A DNA stretch of 64,000 nucleotides, from NCBI RefSeq assembly GCF_006345805.1, contig NC_043006.1:84258001-84322000 (forward strand), given 5' to 3'. How positions within the stretch are numbered: the stretch's first letter is position 1; each line of letters begins with the position of its first letter. Below the pieces are notes generated by a model that did not search any database, was not told the DNA's origin, and was given only the letters and a program-made list of their open reading frames with translations. Positions 13,011-26,989 of the stretch are shown one piece after another. The position numbers and the translations under genes were made by a program. The stretch is from Octopus sinensis (Eukaryota).

Positions 13011-13172
13011 CATATACGATGGGCTTCTCTTAGTTTCCGTCTACCAAATCCACTCACAAGGATTTGGTTGGACCGATACTGTGATAGGTGTCCTAGGTGC
13101 AACGCAGTGGGACTGAACCCGGAACAATGTGGTTGGTAAGCAAGCTACTTACTACACAGCTTCTTCTGCGCC
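12796..13172 (-). mobile_element. SINE family B copy
   Basis: Same head, microsatellite and tail layout as 8058-8537. Confidence 0.8.
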
Positions 13173-13182
13173 TATGTATACA

Positions 13183-13234
<52 letters not shown>

Positions 13235-13311
13235 CATATGTATGTAATTTATATATATATATATATATATGTATATGTATATGTATAGATATATATATGT
13301 TTGTGTGTATG

Positions 13312-13356
<45 letters not shown>

Positions 13357-14049
13357 TTGTGTGTATGTATATGTGTGTGTGTGTATGTATTCGTTTTCAT
13401 TGTTTTCTTTTTATTTCAGCCATTTGTCTATGGCCATTTTTTAAACATGAATTTATCCTCAATACAATTAGTGTCAACGTTATTACACGAAGAGCTGAAA
13501 ATAAAATTCAGCTGCAACGAGGATTTGAACCCAGGTTAAGGAATTATTATACTTGATAGCAACCAGTCCATCAACGTAGAGTTTGGTTCAGCATCTCCCA
13601 TCCAACTCCGCTGGATATCATCAGCTGCAATGTTTACGTGTTGTTAAAGTCACCTGAACAAGTGTCTGGAGATAAATATAGACACTGTTACTGAGATATT
13701 CACTGTATTCCAGAAGTGACGTTTTTATATTCGCATGAATTGCAATGATAAAGCGGCCATTTTCTCTCTCTCTCTCGTTGATGTCACCTGAACGATTTCT
13801 TAGCATCTTCTAAGCTAATATTTTCGATTCTAACTGAGCAGCTTTCTATTTATGTATTGTAATTAGGCTTTTGTCACTGCTGTAGAGCATAGTTAAGGAC
13901 TATTGAATCTACGTTACACATTTTAGAATTCTTTTCTAGATCGTTTGAATTCTAAGGAGAAGCGATAAATTCTAATATAAGAGAATGTGGGAAAGTGAAA
14001 TTCGATGGTGTTCTGGAAGCATTGTATATATATATATATATATAATATA

Positions 14050-14128
<79 letters not shown>

Positions 14129-14139
14129 CATGCATATAT

Positions 14140-14182
<43 letters not shown>

Positions 14183-14224
14183 TATAATATATATATACAT
14201 ACATATATACATACATACATGCAT

Positions 14225-14279
<55 letters not shown>

Positions 14280-14531
14280 TATACATATATACATACGTAT
14301 ATGTACATACATCTATACGCATATGTAGGCACAGGACGTCATGAAACGTGTACAACAAAAAATACGAAGTACAGAGTACATGGAATAATAACTATTTTTT
14401 CGGACAACGAAAGACACGAATCGAAAACAAGAGAAACAACATAAAGAACGACCCTTCATCAGTATTTGGCTGTTTTTCTACTCACGTATTTCGAGCATTT
14501 AACAACAAAGGTGTTATTATCATCATCATCA

Positions 14532-14595
<64 letters not shown>

Positions 14596-14596
14596 A

Positions 14597-15017
14597 AAGG
14601 TGGCGCGCTGGCAGAATTCGTTAGCAAAATGTCTGGCGACGTTTCGCCCGTTGCTACGTTCTGAGTTCAAATTTCGCCGAGGTCGACTTTACTTTTCATC
14701 CTTTCGGGATCGATAAATTAAGTACCAGTGAAACACTGGGGTCGATGTAATCGACTATCCCCCTCCCCCAAATTTCAGGCCTTGTACCTATAGTACAAAG
14801 CAAAGGCGGCGAGCTGACAGAATCGTTAGTACACCGGGCGCAATGCTTAGCGGCATTTCGCCCGTCGCTACGTTCTGAGTTCAAATTCCGCCAAGGTCGA
14901 CTTTGCTTTTCATCCTTTCGGGGTTCATAAATTAAGTACCAGTGAAACACTGGGGTCGATGTAATCAACCACGCACATCCCCCAAAATGTCAGGCCTTGT
15001 GCCTTTAGTAGAAAGGA
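14597..15017 (+). mobile_element. SINE family A, two head-to-tail copies after an (ATT)n tract
   Basis: Two instances of GAGTTCAAATT.CGCC.AGGTCGACTTT...AAGTACCAG...CAGGCCTTGT. Confidence 0.9.
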
Positions 15018-15239
15018 TTATTATTATCATTACAAATTTATTTATTTTTCATTTTCCCTTTTTTCCTTTTCTTCTCAACGAATGTTAATGGCGTCCGAGC
15101 TTAGAGCTGTCTAAAGTTGACATGCTCCTCTCTGTCTTATGGATCAATGCGTCACATAACAAAGTTAAGTGGTTACCTCGAGGGAGTTCAGGAGTGTATG
15201 GGAAGGAAGGCAATCCGAACGTTTTAGTTTCGTGAATTC

Positions 15240-15338
15240 ACCACTACCACCACCACCACCACCACCACCGCCGCCGCCGCCACCACCACCACCACCACCA
15301 CGATCACCACCATCGACACAAGAAGCAGCAACAGTAGG

Positions 15339-15385
<47 letters not shown>

Positions 15386-15661
15386 CAACAAAGACAGCAA
15401 CATGTCGCTGCTCCAGCTGTTGTTCGCCTTCTCGATTTTTTTTCGTTGTCGTCGTTGCCATTACCATCTTCGTCGTCGTCCTTATCATCCTCTTAACCCT
15501 CCTCCTCCTCCTCCTCACCATCATCATCATCGTCGTCATCATCATCATCATCTAGTACATCATCATCGTCGCCGGTTCCCCGTTGCTGCCAAGGTGCCGC
15601 TGTCGTCGTAGACATCCCTGATTCCGCCTCTGCTGCTGTCGTTGTCTGTCACCGTCTCGTA

Positions 15662-15711
<50 letters not shown>

Positions 15712-15800
15712 TATCATTACCACCACCATCACCACCACCACCACCACCACCACCACCATGCATATCAACCCATCACCATCATCACCACCAGCACCATCAA
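15240..15800. repeat. Compound trinucleotide microsatellite (CCA/CAG/CAT)
   Basis: Runs of (CCA)n, (CAG)n and (CAT)n; ORFs here are homopolymeric. Confidence 0.9.
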
Positions 15801-16154
15801 GCATACAGTACAACTTGGTTTGTTGTCATCAGATGAAGTTCCAGCCAGAATCAATTAATGTCTTAGATAAAAACGCCATCGAATTCCTGGTTGGAACCGA
15901 AAGTCGATCGACCAAAGTGGTTGCCAGAAATAGCTTCTGTTCTTTTGCTTTTTCTTCATTCGTTTGTTTAGAGTAGGTTTTGTAAGTGCTTCCATTTTCT
16001 AGCTCATGTATGTATCTACTAAGTACCTTCCTAGGTACCCTGCAGTGTACCTTGCTACGTACCCTGCTACGTAATATGCTGTGATCCCGTTTCTACGGGT
16101 GTAACGTCATTTGCTGGTTAAAGCCGACACACAAGATTAATTAAAATACTTGAG

Positions 16155-16580
16155 GGGTGGTTGTGTAGTTAAGAAGCTTGTTTCCAGACCATGTGGTCTT
16201 GTGTTCAATCCCACACCGCAGTACTAAGGATAAGTGTCTTCTACTATAGAAGATGGAAGCCGACCAAAGTCTTGTGAGTGAATTTGGTAGACGCGAACTG
16301 AAGGAAGCTCATCATATATGTATAAATGTATGTATGTACATAAGTGTGTGTGTATCTTTATCGTGATAACAGATTATGGTTGTAAAATAAGCATCACCGT
16401 CATGTAAGCGATGTGGTTCTTTTCTTGCCTTTAATGGCAATATTACCTTGCTTGGAAATATCATCATCGCTGCTTGGAAACAAGTGAGGGTTGGCGACAG
16501 GAAGGGCATCCGACCGTAGAAAACCTGCCTCAACAAAATTGTCTGGCATATGCAAGTTTGGAAAAGTGGGCGTTAAATGA
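16155..16580 (+). mobile_element. SINE with family-B head and an alternative (RTE-like) tail
   Basis: Head TTGTGTAGTTAAGAAGCTTG...GTTCAATCCC...CCGACCAAAGTCTTGTGAGTG. Tail GGCGACAGGAAGGGCATCCGACCGTAGAAA...GGCGTTAAATGATGATG. Confidence 0.7.
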
Positions 16581-16596
16581 TGATGATGATGATGAT

Positions 16597-16669
<73 letters not shown>

Positions 16670-17174
16670 GCTGGTGGTGATGACGACGACGACAACGTCA
16701 ATGACGATGAAATGGAGCTTTTGTTAAGCATATATCCGGCCCCGATTGTCAAACTTACACATTATAAATCACTTTACGCTATTATGGTTTGTCTAATGTT
16801 TGCAATAGATCTAGTTGTTTTTGTTTTCACTTGCTGGTAGCTGATTTAAACGATCCCGATGAGCCTTCAGTACATGAAACTCCGTCGGACGAAGCTATCT
16901 TGATATTTTGTCACCAAAGAATATGTGATTAAATATGTGCATATTACAGGATAAGTTTATCACTTCATATGCGTATCAATTCAAAGCAACATCGTGTTGG
17001 TTCTTTTTGCATATACATTCATACACAACTACATACATACATGTATGTATACCTACCTACCTCCCTACCAACCTACCTACCTACCTACCTACCTACCTAC
17101 CTACCTACCTACCTACATACATACATATTGAGCGATCTACCTACCCACCTACCTACCTATCTACATAATACATA

Positions 17175-17226
<52 letters not shown>

Positions 17227-17542
17227 TTTACACATATATGTATTTACACATATATATGTATATACAAATGTATACATACACATACATATATGTATATACA
17301 TATACATACACAAACATATATGTATATACATATGTATACATACACATACATATATAGATAGGTGGATTGAAAAGCTACACCCTTATTACATATTGTGTCT
17401 TGCTGATTCTACCTGAGACTTACGTTAACGTACGGATGTTTGTGGCATACTCAGCCACGTATACGTTAATTCAGGAGTAGGTAGCTTAGTTGACATCAAA
17501 CAACTGAATCCTCATTGTCGAATGACGGAGATCCACCATCAA

Positions 17543-17628
<86 letters not shown>

Positions 17629-17721
17629 ATGTCTATCTATTTGTCTGTCTGTCTGTATGTCTGTCTGTCTGTTGGTCCATCCATCCATCCATCCATCCAT
17701 CCATCCATCCATCCATCTATC

Positions 17722-18561
17722 TACGAAGTGCTATCAAAAGGTTCCCAGACTAGTTATATTGAATAAAAAATAACTTATTTACCTAAGTTTTAATAATCAC
17801 CTTGCGCAGCAATACACCAACCCCAACGTTCCTGTCACTTTTGGAATCCGGCCTGGGAGTCGTTTTCTGTAAGCGAGTCAAGGCCCTTCTGCGATTCGCT
17901 TTGGATCTCGACAGCGGTGTTAAAACGGTGACCTTTGAGCAGCATTTTCATCTTTGGGAAGAGATGGAAGTCCGCAGGTGCTAAATCTGGTGAATAGGGC
18001 ACGTGCGGAAGCGATACCATATTGATTTTGGCAAGACACTCACGACTGAGGGGAGTTCGGTGGCAAGGTGCATTGCCTTCATGAAGAATCCAATTCTTCT
18101 CTCTCCAGATCCGATTGCTTTCGCTGAACGTCTTTCCCCAAACGCTTCAAAATGTAGTAGAACTCTCGATTGACGGTTTGGCCCTGCTGGGCGAATTCTT
18201 GATACACAATACCACATTTCCGGGGGTGACGCTAGTGGCAGGTTTTCCAGATTGCTCGTCGTCTTTCAGGGATGTTCTTCCACCTTTGAAGAGCCCGTGC
18301 CACTCGAAACACTCCGTACGACCCATTGCCTCGTCGCCGTAAGCTTGCCGAAACATGCTCAATATTTCTGTAGCAGAGATTGCAACATACACGTGATCGC
18401 AAAAACACAAATTTCACAACTTGCAAAGTAAATACAGCAATGTCACTCAGCACACTACCTCATGAAGCTCACTGCTATCCTTCACTGTGCACACAACTGT
18501 GTGCTGCCATCTGTTGGCACGCTACAGAACTAGTCCTAGAACTTTTTGATTCCACCTTGTA
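17722..18561 (-). mobile_element. Internally deleted mariner transposon (pseudo-transposase)
   Basis: TA-flanked TIRs TACGAAGTGCTATCAAAAGGTTCCCAGACTAGTT / AACTAGTCCTAGAACTTTTTGATTCCACCTTGTA. Peptides FEWHGLFKGGRTSLKDDEQSGKP and PYSPDLAPADFHLFPKMK. Confidence 0.9.
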
Positions 18562-18596
18562 TCTCTCTCTCTCCTCTCTCTCTCTCTATCTATCTA

Positions 18597-18662
<66 letters not shown>

Positions 18663-20454
18663 CACTTTTATATATGTGTGTTTGTACTTGTTCTTTTTTG
18701 TGTGTGTATTTTCGTGTTTTCGTAATGCGTGTAGACAGATTTTGATACGGTCTAAATTTGTTTTAATACTGTGATAGCGTTCTGCATCAACACTTTCCTT
18801 TTTACGTTTTCATTCCTCTAATTAAAATGTATTCGCAATTAGTGTCATATGTAAATTTTCTTTATTTGTTTAAATTTGTTTTCTTCACAGCATTATGTTT
18901 TTCAACGCGAAGAAACCATTTCAAATACGATTATAATTTTTGAAATTATTTTTTAAGATTCCACTTAGTCACGATATTATATTTTCATGAGATATCAACT
19001 GGATTAAGTTTAATAAATTTTTGACACGTGTGTAAATCTTTCCTACATTTTAATTTTTATACGATTTTTTTTGTGTGCGTGGTTTAATTCATTTGCTTTT
19101 TAACATTTGTTCTACATTTCTACAAGAGTGTTGAAATTTAATATAATATAGAGTGTTTTCCCATTTTCCTTCACATCATTACATTTTTAAAACTTCTATC
19201 ATCTTTTATGCACATTATCAGTGTTAACCGTTATATGACAGATTATTTTGGAGATGGAAAAAGTAGTAACAGTAGCAGGCGATGGTAGAGGAGGTGAATG
19301 ATTTGTTGTACTTGTATAGGAGAAGGAACAGTAGTTGAAGTAAATAATGAGGCACGGCGAGGAGAGTGTATTACGAAAGGAAAATAATTCCATGTAAGGT
19401 AGCGTGATCATGCGAATAACAATGAACTACAAAGAGTCATATCGGAAAAAGTTGCTTACATACAATAAATATAATTTTTTTGGTTTTCCCATTTTATGGT
19501 GTCTATACAAAATTATGAAACGAATACACATTTACAAGGTTAAAATATTCATTAAATTAAAATTAGATTAAATTAAGCAAATCTTACTTTTGTGTATTTG
19601 CAATGAATATATATTATAAGTAACAATAATACCGTTTAACTATCAATTACAACAATACTATAATACTCTAATATTAGTCTCAGGAATAAAGTATTGTTAT
19701 TTTATTTTCGGTATGAATCAATTTTACGTAATCGACATACATACAAATTATGATTATTGAACCGATGTCCGTTTAACTGATATAATTCACAATGACAAAA
19801 GTATGCTTCTAACATTATCAACCACCTGACTGGTAACTTTGACGTTGAAAACAAAGGCATTTATACATCGTCGACGAAAGAGAATTATAGCACAGTAAAT
19901 TTTGAGAATTGTTGAGAGAAGAGGTAGAAGAAATAGGAGGAGATAGAGAAGAACTATTAAGTTATGGTAGAGGATGTGAATTATTTCATATAATTGTATA
20001 GTTGTAATATCAATGGTTGAGAATGAGGTAGGGATAGGAGTGTAGTAAGAGTTGTAGACAGTGAGAATAAGGAGGGGAAGATACTTTCCTTTTCATTTCA
20101 ATAGAATACTCTCTTGCTCTTCTCTTGACTAGAAAAAAAACCTCATTTGCATATTGGCTGTTCTCATCACTAAAGGTGTAATTTTGATTAAAATTTCTTA
20201 CTACATTATGTTAGCACACACTTTACTATTAAGTCTTCATACAGTAAAGACCCATAATTCGCTAATGAGGTTTAATGAGACCGAAGCATGCCTAAAATTG
20301 TTAATGTACTTCTAAAGATAAGGTTCAAAGGTTCACTCTTCTATTGCATTTAAAATTCAGTTGTTGTTGTTTGTCCCTTCTCGAACCATGCCTGACTCTT
20401 AAGAGCCGGTTTCCCAGTTACAATGTACGGCTTATTTTAAATGAAATAAAGTAG

Positions 20455-20782
20455 CATGCTTACCAACCACATGGTTCCGGGTTCAGTCCTTGGGCAAGTG
20501 TCTCCTACTATAGCCTCGTATATATATATATATATGTATATATATGTATGTATATGTATATGTATATATATATATACATATGTATATATTTGTGTACATG
20601 TCTGTGTTTGTCCCCACACCATCGCTTGACAACCGATGTTCGTGTGTTTACGTCCCCGTAATCTAGCAGTTCGGCAAAAGAGACCGATAGAATAAGTACT
20701 AGGCTTACAAAGAATAAGTCCTGGGGTGCTCCAGCATGGCCGCAGTCAAATGACTGAAGCAAATGAAAGAATAAAAGAATAT
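20455..20782 (+). mobile_element. SINE family B copy
   Basis: CCAACCACATGGTTCCGGGTTCAGTCCTTGGGCAAGT...microsatellite...GGTGCTCCAGCATGGCCGCAGTCAAATGACTGAAGC...AAAGAATA. Confidence 0.85.
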
Positions 20783-20857
20783 ATGGTAAATATATGATAG
20801 ATATATGAAAGGTGAATTTGACTAATTTCTTGGTAGATTGAAAAAAGTGATGAACAC

Positions 20858-21435
20858 AACGGCATTTCTTCCTACTTTACGTTTTGAGTTCGAATATCGC
20901 CGCGGTTGTATTTTTCCTTTCGGGGTCGATGAAATAAGAACCAGTTGAGCACTAGGGTTGATGTAACTGACTTACCTTTTCCCAAGTGCTGCCCAAAATT
21001 TGAAACCAATAGATATTAAGAATAAGGTGGTGAGCTGACAGAATCTTTGCCGCGCCGGACAAAATGCTTAGCGGCATTTCTTCTGGTTCTCGAAGTTCTG
21101 AGTTCAAATTCCGACAAGATTGACTTTGCCCTTCATCCTTTCGGGGTCGATGAAATAAGAACCAGTTGAGCACTAGGGTTGATGTAACTGACTTACCTTT
21201 TCCCAAGTGCTGCCCAAAATTTGAAACCAATAGATATTAAGAATAAGGTGGTGAGCTGACAGAATCTTTGCCGCGCCGGACAAAATGCTTAGCGGCATTT
21301 CTTCTGGTTCTCGAAGTTCTGAGTTCAAATTCCGACAAGATTGACTTTGCCCTTCATCCTTTCGGGGTCGATGAAATGAGTACCAGTTGTGCACTGGCCT
21401 GGACGTAATCGATTTAACTCGTCCCCCGAAAATTT
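20858..21435 (+). mobile_element. SINE family A tandem array with a 221-bp period
   Basis: About 20918-21138 is repeated essentially identically at 21139-21359. Confidence 0.85.
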
Positions 21436-21844
21436 GAAAGAATTTGATATTAAGAATCTTAATAGATTTACAAAAACTAACAAAACAAATCAAACTGAAA
21501 TCCCTCCCTCGATAAAGAAAAGATAGAAAAATAACTTTAATCCTACCGAAAGATCACAAATATATCTAACATATATATGCGACCGAAATACAGGTTTATT
21601 TAGCCTGGTAAAAGTGATCTCGGTAGGTTTAGCAAAGCGATCTTTCTAACACCATCTGCGACATTTTGTAAAATTTTTGGATACTTTTTTTAATACTGAT
21701 CAGGCCATCATGGTTATGTGGTGCATATATCCGGCACAGCTCATCCCCAGTCAGTGGGGTTCTTAGAAAAAGAGGTGTTACTGGAAACCGAATGAACGAA
21801 GTAAAAAAAAAAGAAAAAGAAAAGCAAAGGGAAAACAACCGACA

Positions 21845-22882
21845 CCAAGACCACCACCACCACCGCCGCCGCCGCCACGACCACCGCCACCACCACTATC
21901 ACCACCACCACCACCACCACCACCACCACCACCACCACCACCACCGCCGCCACCACCACCACCACCGCCACCACCACCATCACCACAAGCATCGCCGCCG
22001 CCACTACCACCACCAACATCACAACCGCCGCCGCCGCCACCACCACTACCACCACCACCACCACCACCACCACCGCCACCACCACCACCACCACCACCAT
22101 CGCCACCGCCACCACCACCAACACCAACACCACCAACACCACAACCGCCGCCGCCGCCACCAAAACCACTACCACCACCACAACCACAACCACAACCACC
22201 ACCACCACCACCACCACCAATAACAACAACAGCAAAAACACGACAACCATCGCCGCCGCCACTACTACCACCACCACAACCGCCGCCGCCGCCACCACCA
22301 CCACTACCACCACCACCACCACCGCCGCCACCACCATCACCACAACCATCGCCGCCGCCGCCACCACCACCACCACCAACACCACAACCGCTGCCGCCGC
22401 CACCAACACCAATGCCACCACCGCCGCCGCCGCCGCCGCCGCCACCACACCACCAACACCAACACCACCAACACCACAACCGCCGCCGCCGCCACCAAAA
22501 CCACTACCACCACCACAACCACAACCACAACCACCACCACCACCACCACCACCAATAACAACAACAGCAAAAACACGACAACCATCGCCGCCGCCACTAC
22601 CACCACCACCACAACCGCCGCCGCCGCCACCACCACCACTACCACCACCACCACCGCCGCCACCACCACCATCACCACAACCATCGCCGCCGCCGCCACC
22701 ACCACCACCACCAACACCACAACCGCTGCCGCCGCCACCAACACCAATGCCACCACCGCCGCCGCCGCCGCCGCCGCCACCACCACCACCAACACCAACA
22801 CCACCAACACCACAACCGCCGCCGCCGCCGCCACCACCACCACCACCACCGCCACCACCACCACTAACACCACCACCACCAA
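21845..22882. repeat. Degenerate (CAC/CGC)n tract with a ~335-bp higher-order duplication
   Basis: Landmark AAAACCACTACC...AATAACAACAACAGCAAAAACACGAC occurs at about 22162 and 22497. Confidence 0.85.
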
Positions 22883-23399
22883 GCGTTGACTATGAAATGT
22901 ATCTGATTTGGAAAGTACCGAGTGACTGAGGTAAATGGATCGTTTTAACGAGTTAGTTAACACCTTTGTAATTAAACATTACAAACGAACTGATTGCCTA
23001 CCGTTTGCTCGCTGACCGCTTTACTCGATCTTCATAAGATTCAGGTTCCGTTTCTGTGCGCGCGCGCGTGTGTGTATGTGTGTGTGTGTGTGTGTGATTT
23101 AGGTCTGCGCAGGCACATGTATGCTTATGTGCATTCCATATATATTGGTAGAATTGGTGGCGATGAACACACGCAAACGTGCGCGCGAGTATAGGATGGC
23201 CGCCAAAAGTTGTTTTGGTTGTTTTTCAGTGGAGTTTTTGAAATTTGTTCAAATATATAGTAACGAAGTGAATGGACAAACTAAAACTATATTATTCAAG
23301 TCTTTAATAATAAACATTCTGCAAAAACAAACCGCCACCGAAACTCCGGACTCCACCACATGAAACAGATGGAAACTATCAGTTTATACTGGGGAAAAC

Positions 23400-23430
<31 letters not shown>

Positions 23431-23639
23431 TGTATGTATGTATGTATGTATGTATGTATGCATGTAATAATGTATGCATGTATGACTCTGTTTTCTTCAT
23501 CCCTCTCTAATTCCCTTTTTCTCCCCCTTCACCGCTTTCTATCTGTCTCTCTCTCCCTACCTTTCTATTTTTCTCTCCCTCTCTCTTTGCTCACACGTGA
23601 CCATCGTCCATCTTTCTTTCTCTTACGTGACCATCTTTC

Positions 23640-24145
23640 TTTTCCTGCATGACGTTCTAAGGACTGGACGTTTTCTTTCTCTTTCTCCTAGCTTCCTCTT
23701 TTCAAAGAAAATATTTCTCCCAGCGTTCACTATTTTCCTCGCGTTCTGGTCTAATGGCCCTCCACGGTTGTTTTCGTTCGGTTTCCTTGTATGTCACCAC
23801 TGCCCTGTTTCTGTTCCCAACTTTGGCTCTCCATAAATCCCAAATTTTATTTTGGAATCTATGTGAGCAACTGTCTTTGAAGACGCATATTATCGTTGAA
23901 TGATTGAAATGACGAGTAGAAAAACAGCCGACAACTGATGGAATGTCGTTCTTTGTGTTTACTTGTTCAGTGTAAGCACATAAATTGGAAACAAGGTGGA
24001 AAAAATAGTACTCGAATACCGGAGGTAGAGTAATATACATTATTAAAAAAGCTGCAAAGACATCACAAAAACTGTTACTCAGTTTTACGTCCCCGTTCCT
24101 CGGACTGTCCGACGAACGGGAATGTGAAACTCTGTGTAACAGTTG
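23640..24145 (+). mobile_element. Penelope-like pLTR remnant plus a short palindrome
   Basis: AAACAGCCGACAACTGATG..GTCGTTCTTT tail is shared with 12065-12220, 14325-14505, 25490-25665 and 60965-61290 (all minus). Palindrome at 24070-24144. Confidence 0.55.
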
Positions 24146-24158
24146 TCTGTCTGTCTGC

Positions 24159-24277
<119 letters not shown>

Positions 24278-24322
24278 GCTAGCTATCTATCTATCTATAT
24301 GTATTGCGTATATATATATATA

Positions 24323-24387
<65 letters not shown>

Positions 24388-25099
24388 TATATATATAAGC
24401 ATATTTATATATGTATATGTATATATATAAATATATATATATGTATATATATAAATATATATATATGTATATATAAATATATATATGTATGTATATACAT
24501 ATACATACCTCAATTACCTCATCTTTCCCTCCCTCTCTATCTATGTATATGTGTGAGAGTGTGTATGTGCGTGTGTATATAACCAGACCTACGAAGTGCG
24601 AGACGTATTAGATATAAGCTTGAAGATCTGAATTTAAGCTACATCAAACACCCTACATATAGATTAAAAGGATAAGCAGAAAGCAGATGTTGATATTTCT
24701 ATTATTTCATTATGATCGTTTCGGTGGTTGTTATGGCGCATGTTCGGATGCCTCTACTACTCAACTCGACTCCTACTCTACTCTACCGACTGCTGCTCTA
24801 CTCTACCGACTGCTACTCTTCTACTCTACCCTGACGTCTAGACTTCTCCCTCTATATCTACGTATTGAGCTAGTCTACTTCATCGTCTGGGGACTTCCAC
24901 ACAACAGTAGTCAATAATGAATAATTAATAATTTGTACATATTATATCGATAATCAACCATTTCATCATTGAAGTTATGTACTAAGTATTAATCATTGCT
25001 TATTGGTTATAGACTACAAAATGGAATTATTGAAATACTAATAATCTGTTTTGTGATTGCTTTTTTAAACAATGTATATGTGTAATGTACGTACGTACA

Positions 25100-25484
25100 T
25101 CTTTCTCTATATAAACGGCAGTTTGTCTGTGCGTGTTTCTGTGTGTCTGTTTGCTTGTACCCTCACCCTGACCACGGCTTTCAACCGATTCTGATGAAAC
25201 TTGACACACACATAGCCCAATGTCATAATTCAAAACTAACGCAGCGAAAGTTTTGAAAGGTTCCCCAAGTTCTGAAAAAAATCGATAAATTCGACATGGT
25301 GTCGAGAATCAGAAACACGAACCACAAACTGTCTAGGGGACACAACTCCACCTTTTTTAAATCTCAAAAAAAAATTTACAATCATTTTTTTCCATTTTTT
25401 TGCTATTTTTTGGCTATAAATCTCTAAAAATGCTTTATAGTTATTTCCCTTACAAACCTGAGCAACACCGGGCGATACTGCTAG
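25100..25484 (+). mobile_element. Non-autonomous Helitron
   Basis: A|TCTTTCTCTATATAAACGGCAG...CCTGAGCAACACCGGG-CGATACTG-CTAG|T. Confidence 0.85.
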
Positions 25485-25848
25485 TTACACATATAAAAAA
25501 CGTAAAAAAACGTTGGACACAATGAGAAACGAAAGCATAAAAGCAAAAACATAGAAAACGAACTTTTTTCGAACAACGAAAAAAAATAGAGAAACGAGAC
25601 ATGCAACATTAAGAATTTTCCCCTTCATCAGTTGTCCCTGTTTCATCTGCTCCGCGTTACGAAGGGTGTTGTTTTTAAATAGCACACATGGAATTTGTTT
25701 TTTTTTTAAACTCCTCTTCTCCTCCCTCTCTATATCTTTATACATACACACAATTTGCCGCTATCGGCCCAGCAGATTAGAAGCGTGTTCGAATAAGAAC
25801 GAAGGAGCATGACTCTCTCTCTCTCTCTCTCTCATATATCTCTCTATA

Positions 25849-25905
<57 letters not shown>

Positions 25906-26359
25906 CATACTACATACATACATACATACATACATACATACATCATACATACATACATACAGGCAGACATACGTGCGTAGATACATGCCTATACATACGT
26001 GGATATTTACAGGCACTCGAGTATACATCTATGTACATCCATGCATTTATACGAAAAAAAAAAAAGCGGAAACTATTTCTGAAACAAAAGCACATTAAAC
26101 GTTATAATGGGTTGCCGGAAGTCACGCGTGCTTTTTTAATTCAGAACTACACCCTCCGATGATAAGTGTCGCTTTTAAAGTACACTTCATATTAAGAGCT
26201 ATTTATTGACCAACAAAGTGTCATTGAACCGCTGGAAAATGTGATTACGGCTTAAGACAACAACAACTACTATTACACCAACCCTATAAAACACTCCTTC
26301 ACCTCTTCTTCCTCCTCTCCTCCTCCTCCTAGTTGTTGTAGTAATGATAATAATAATAA

Positions 26360-26568
26360 ACCTTTCTATTATAGGCACAAGGCCTGAAATTTGGAGGCGA
26401 GGATAGTGAATTATAGCGACCCTAGTACTCAACTGGTACTTATTTTATCGACCCCAAAAGGATGAATGACAAAGTTGATCTCACCGGAATTTGAACACAG
26501 AAAGTAAAGACGGACATAACGCCGCTAAAAATTTTGCCCCGTGTGCTAATGATTCTGCCAGCTTGCCG
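26360..26568 (-). mobile_element. SINE family A copy
   Basis: Diverged match to the family A consensus. Confidence 0.8.
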
Positions 26569-26572
26569 AATA

Positions 26573-26636
<64 letters not shown>

Positions 26637-26989
26637 GGATGATGATAATGATGATCATAATAATAATAATAATAATAATAATATAATAATAATAATATAA
26701 TAATAATAATAATAAATGCCCTGATGCAGTACCAGGCAGTAGCTCTAATGGTTTCTGATCTTAACTGATTGGAAGTGTTATCATGTACATTGTTTTGCTT
26801 GATATAAAAGATGGGCTACAGCAAATATTCTGCTCAATACCACATTTGACCTTAACCAGTTGAGCATGTCCCTTGGTGGTTGGCGATATGTGCATCTCTG
26901 ATCACGAGCAGAAGTAGTGGGGGAGCATCATAGCTATGTGTTGAGAAGGTTTCTTTCAGGTTTGAATAATTCACCTCTGGAAACATGGG

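Noticed and set aside
13472-13918. Possible solo LTR (TGT...ACA with short inverted ends and a TATA-like motif)
   Set aside because: No matching TSD and no second copy in the window; insufficient support.
18763-18785. miR-8-like seed TAATACTGT
   Set aside because: The remainder does not match the mature miRNA and no precursor hairpin is apparent.
20858-21435. Regularly spaced repeats resembling a CRISPR array
   Set aside because: The whole unit is duplicated with no unique spacers; eukaryotic SINE sequence and no cas genes.
21700-21743. TGA after ..DWG as selenocysteine
   Set aside because: No convincing SECIS and no selenoprotein motif.
21741-22963. 200+ aa poly-Val/Ala, poly-Gly and poly-His ORFs
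   Set aside because: Stop-free (CAC)n-derived repeat open in several frames, with a frame-breaking indel between duplicated units.
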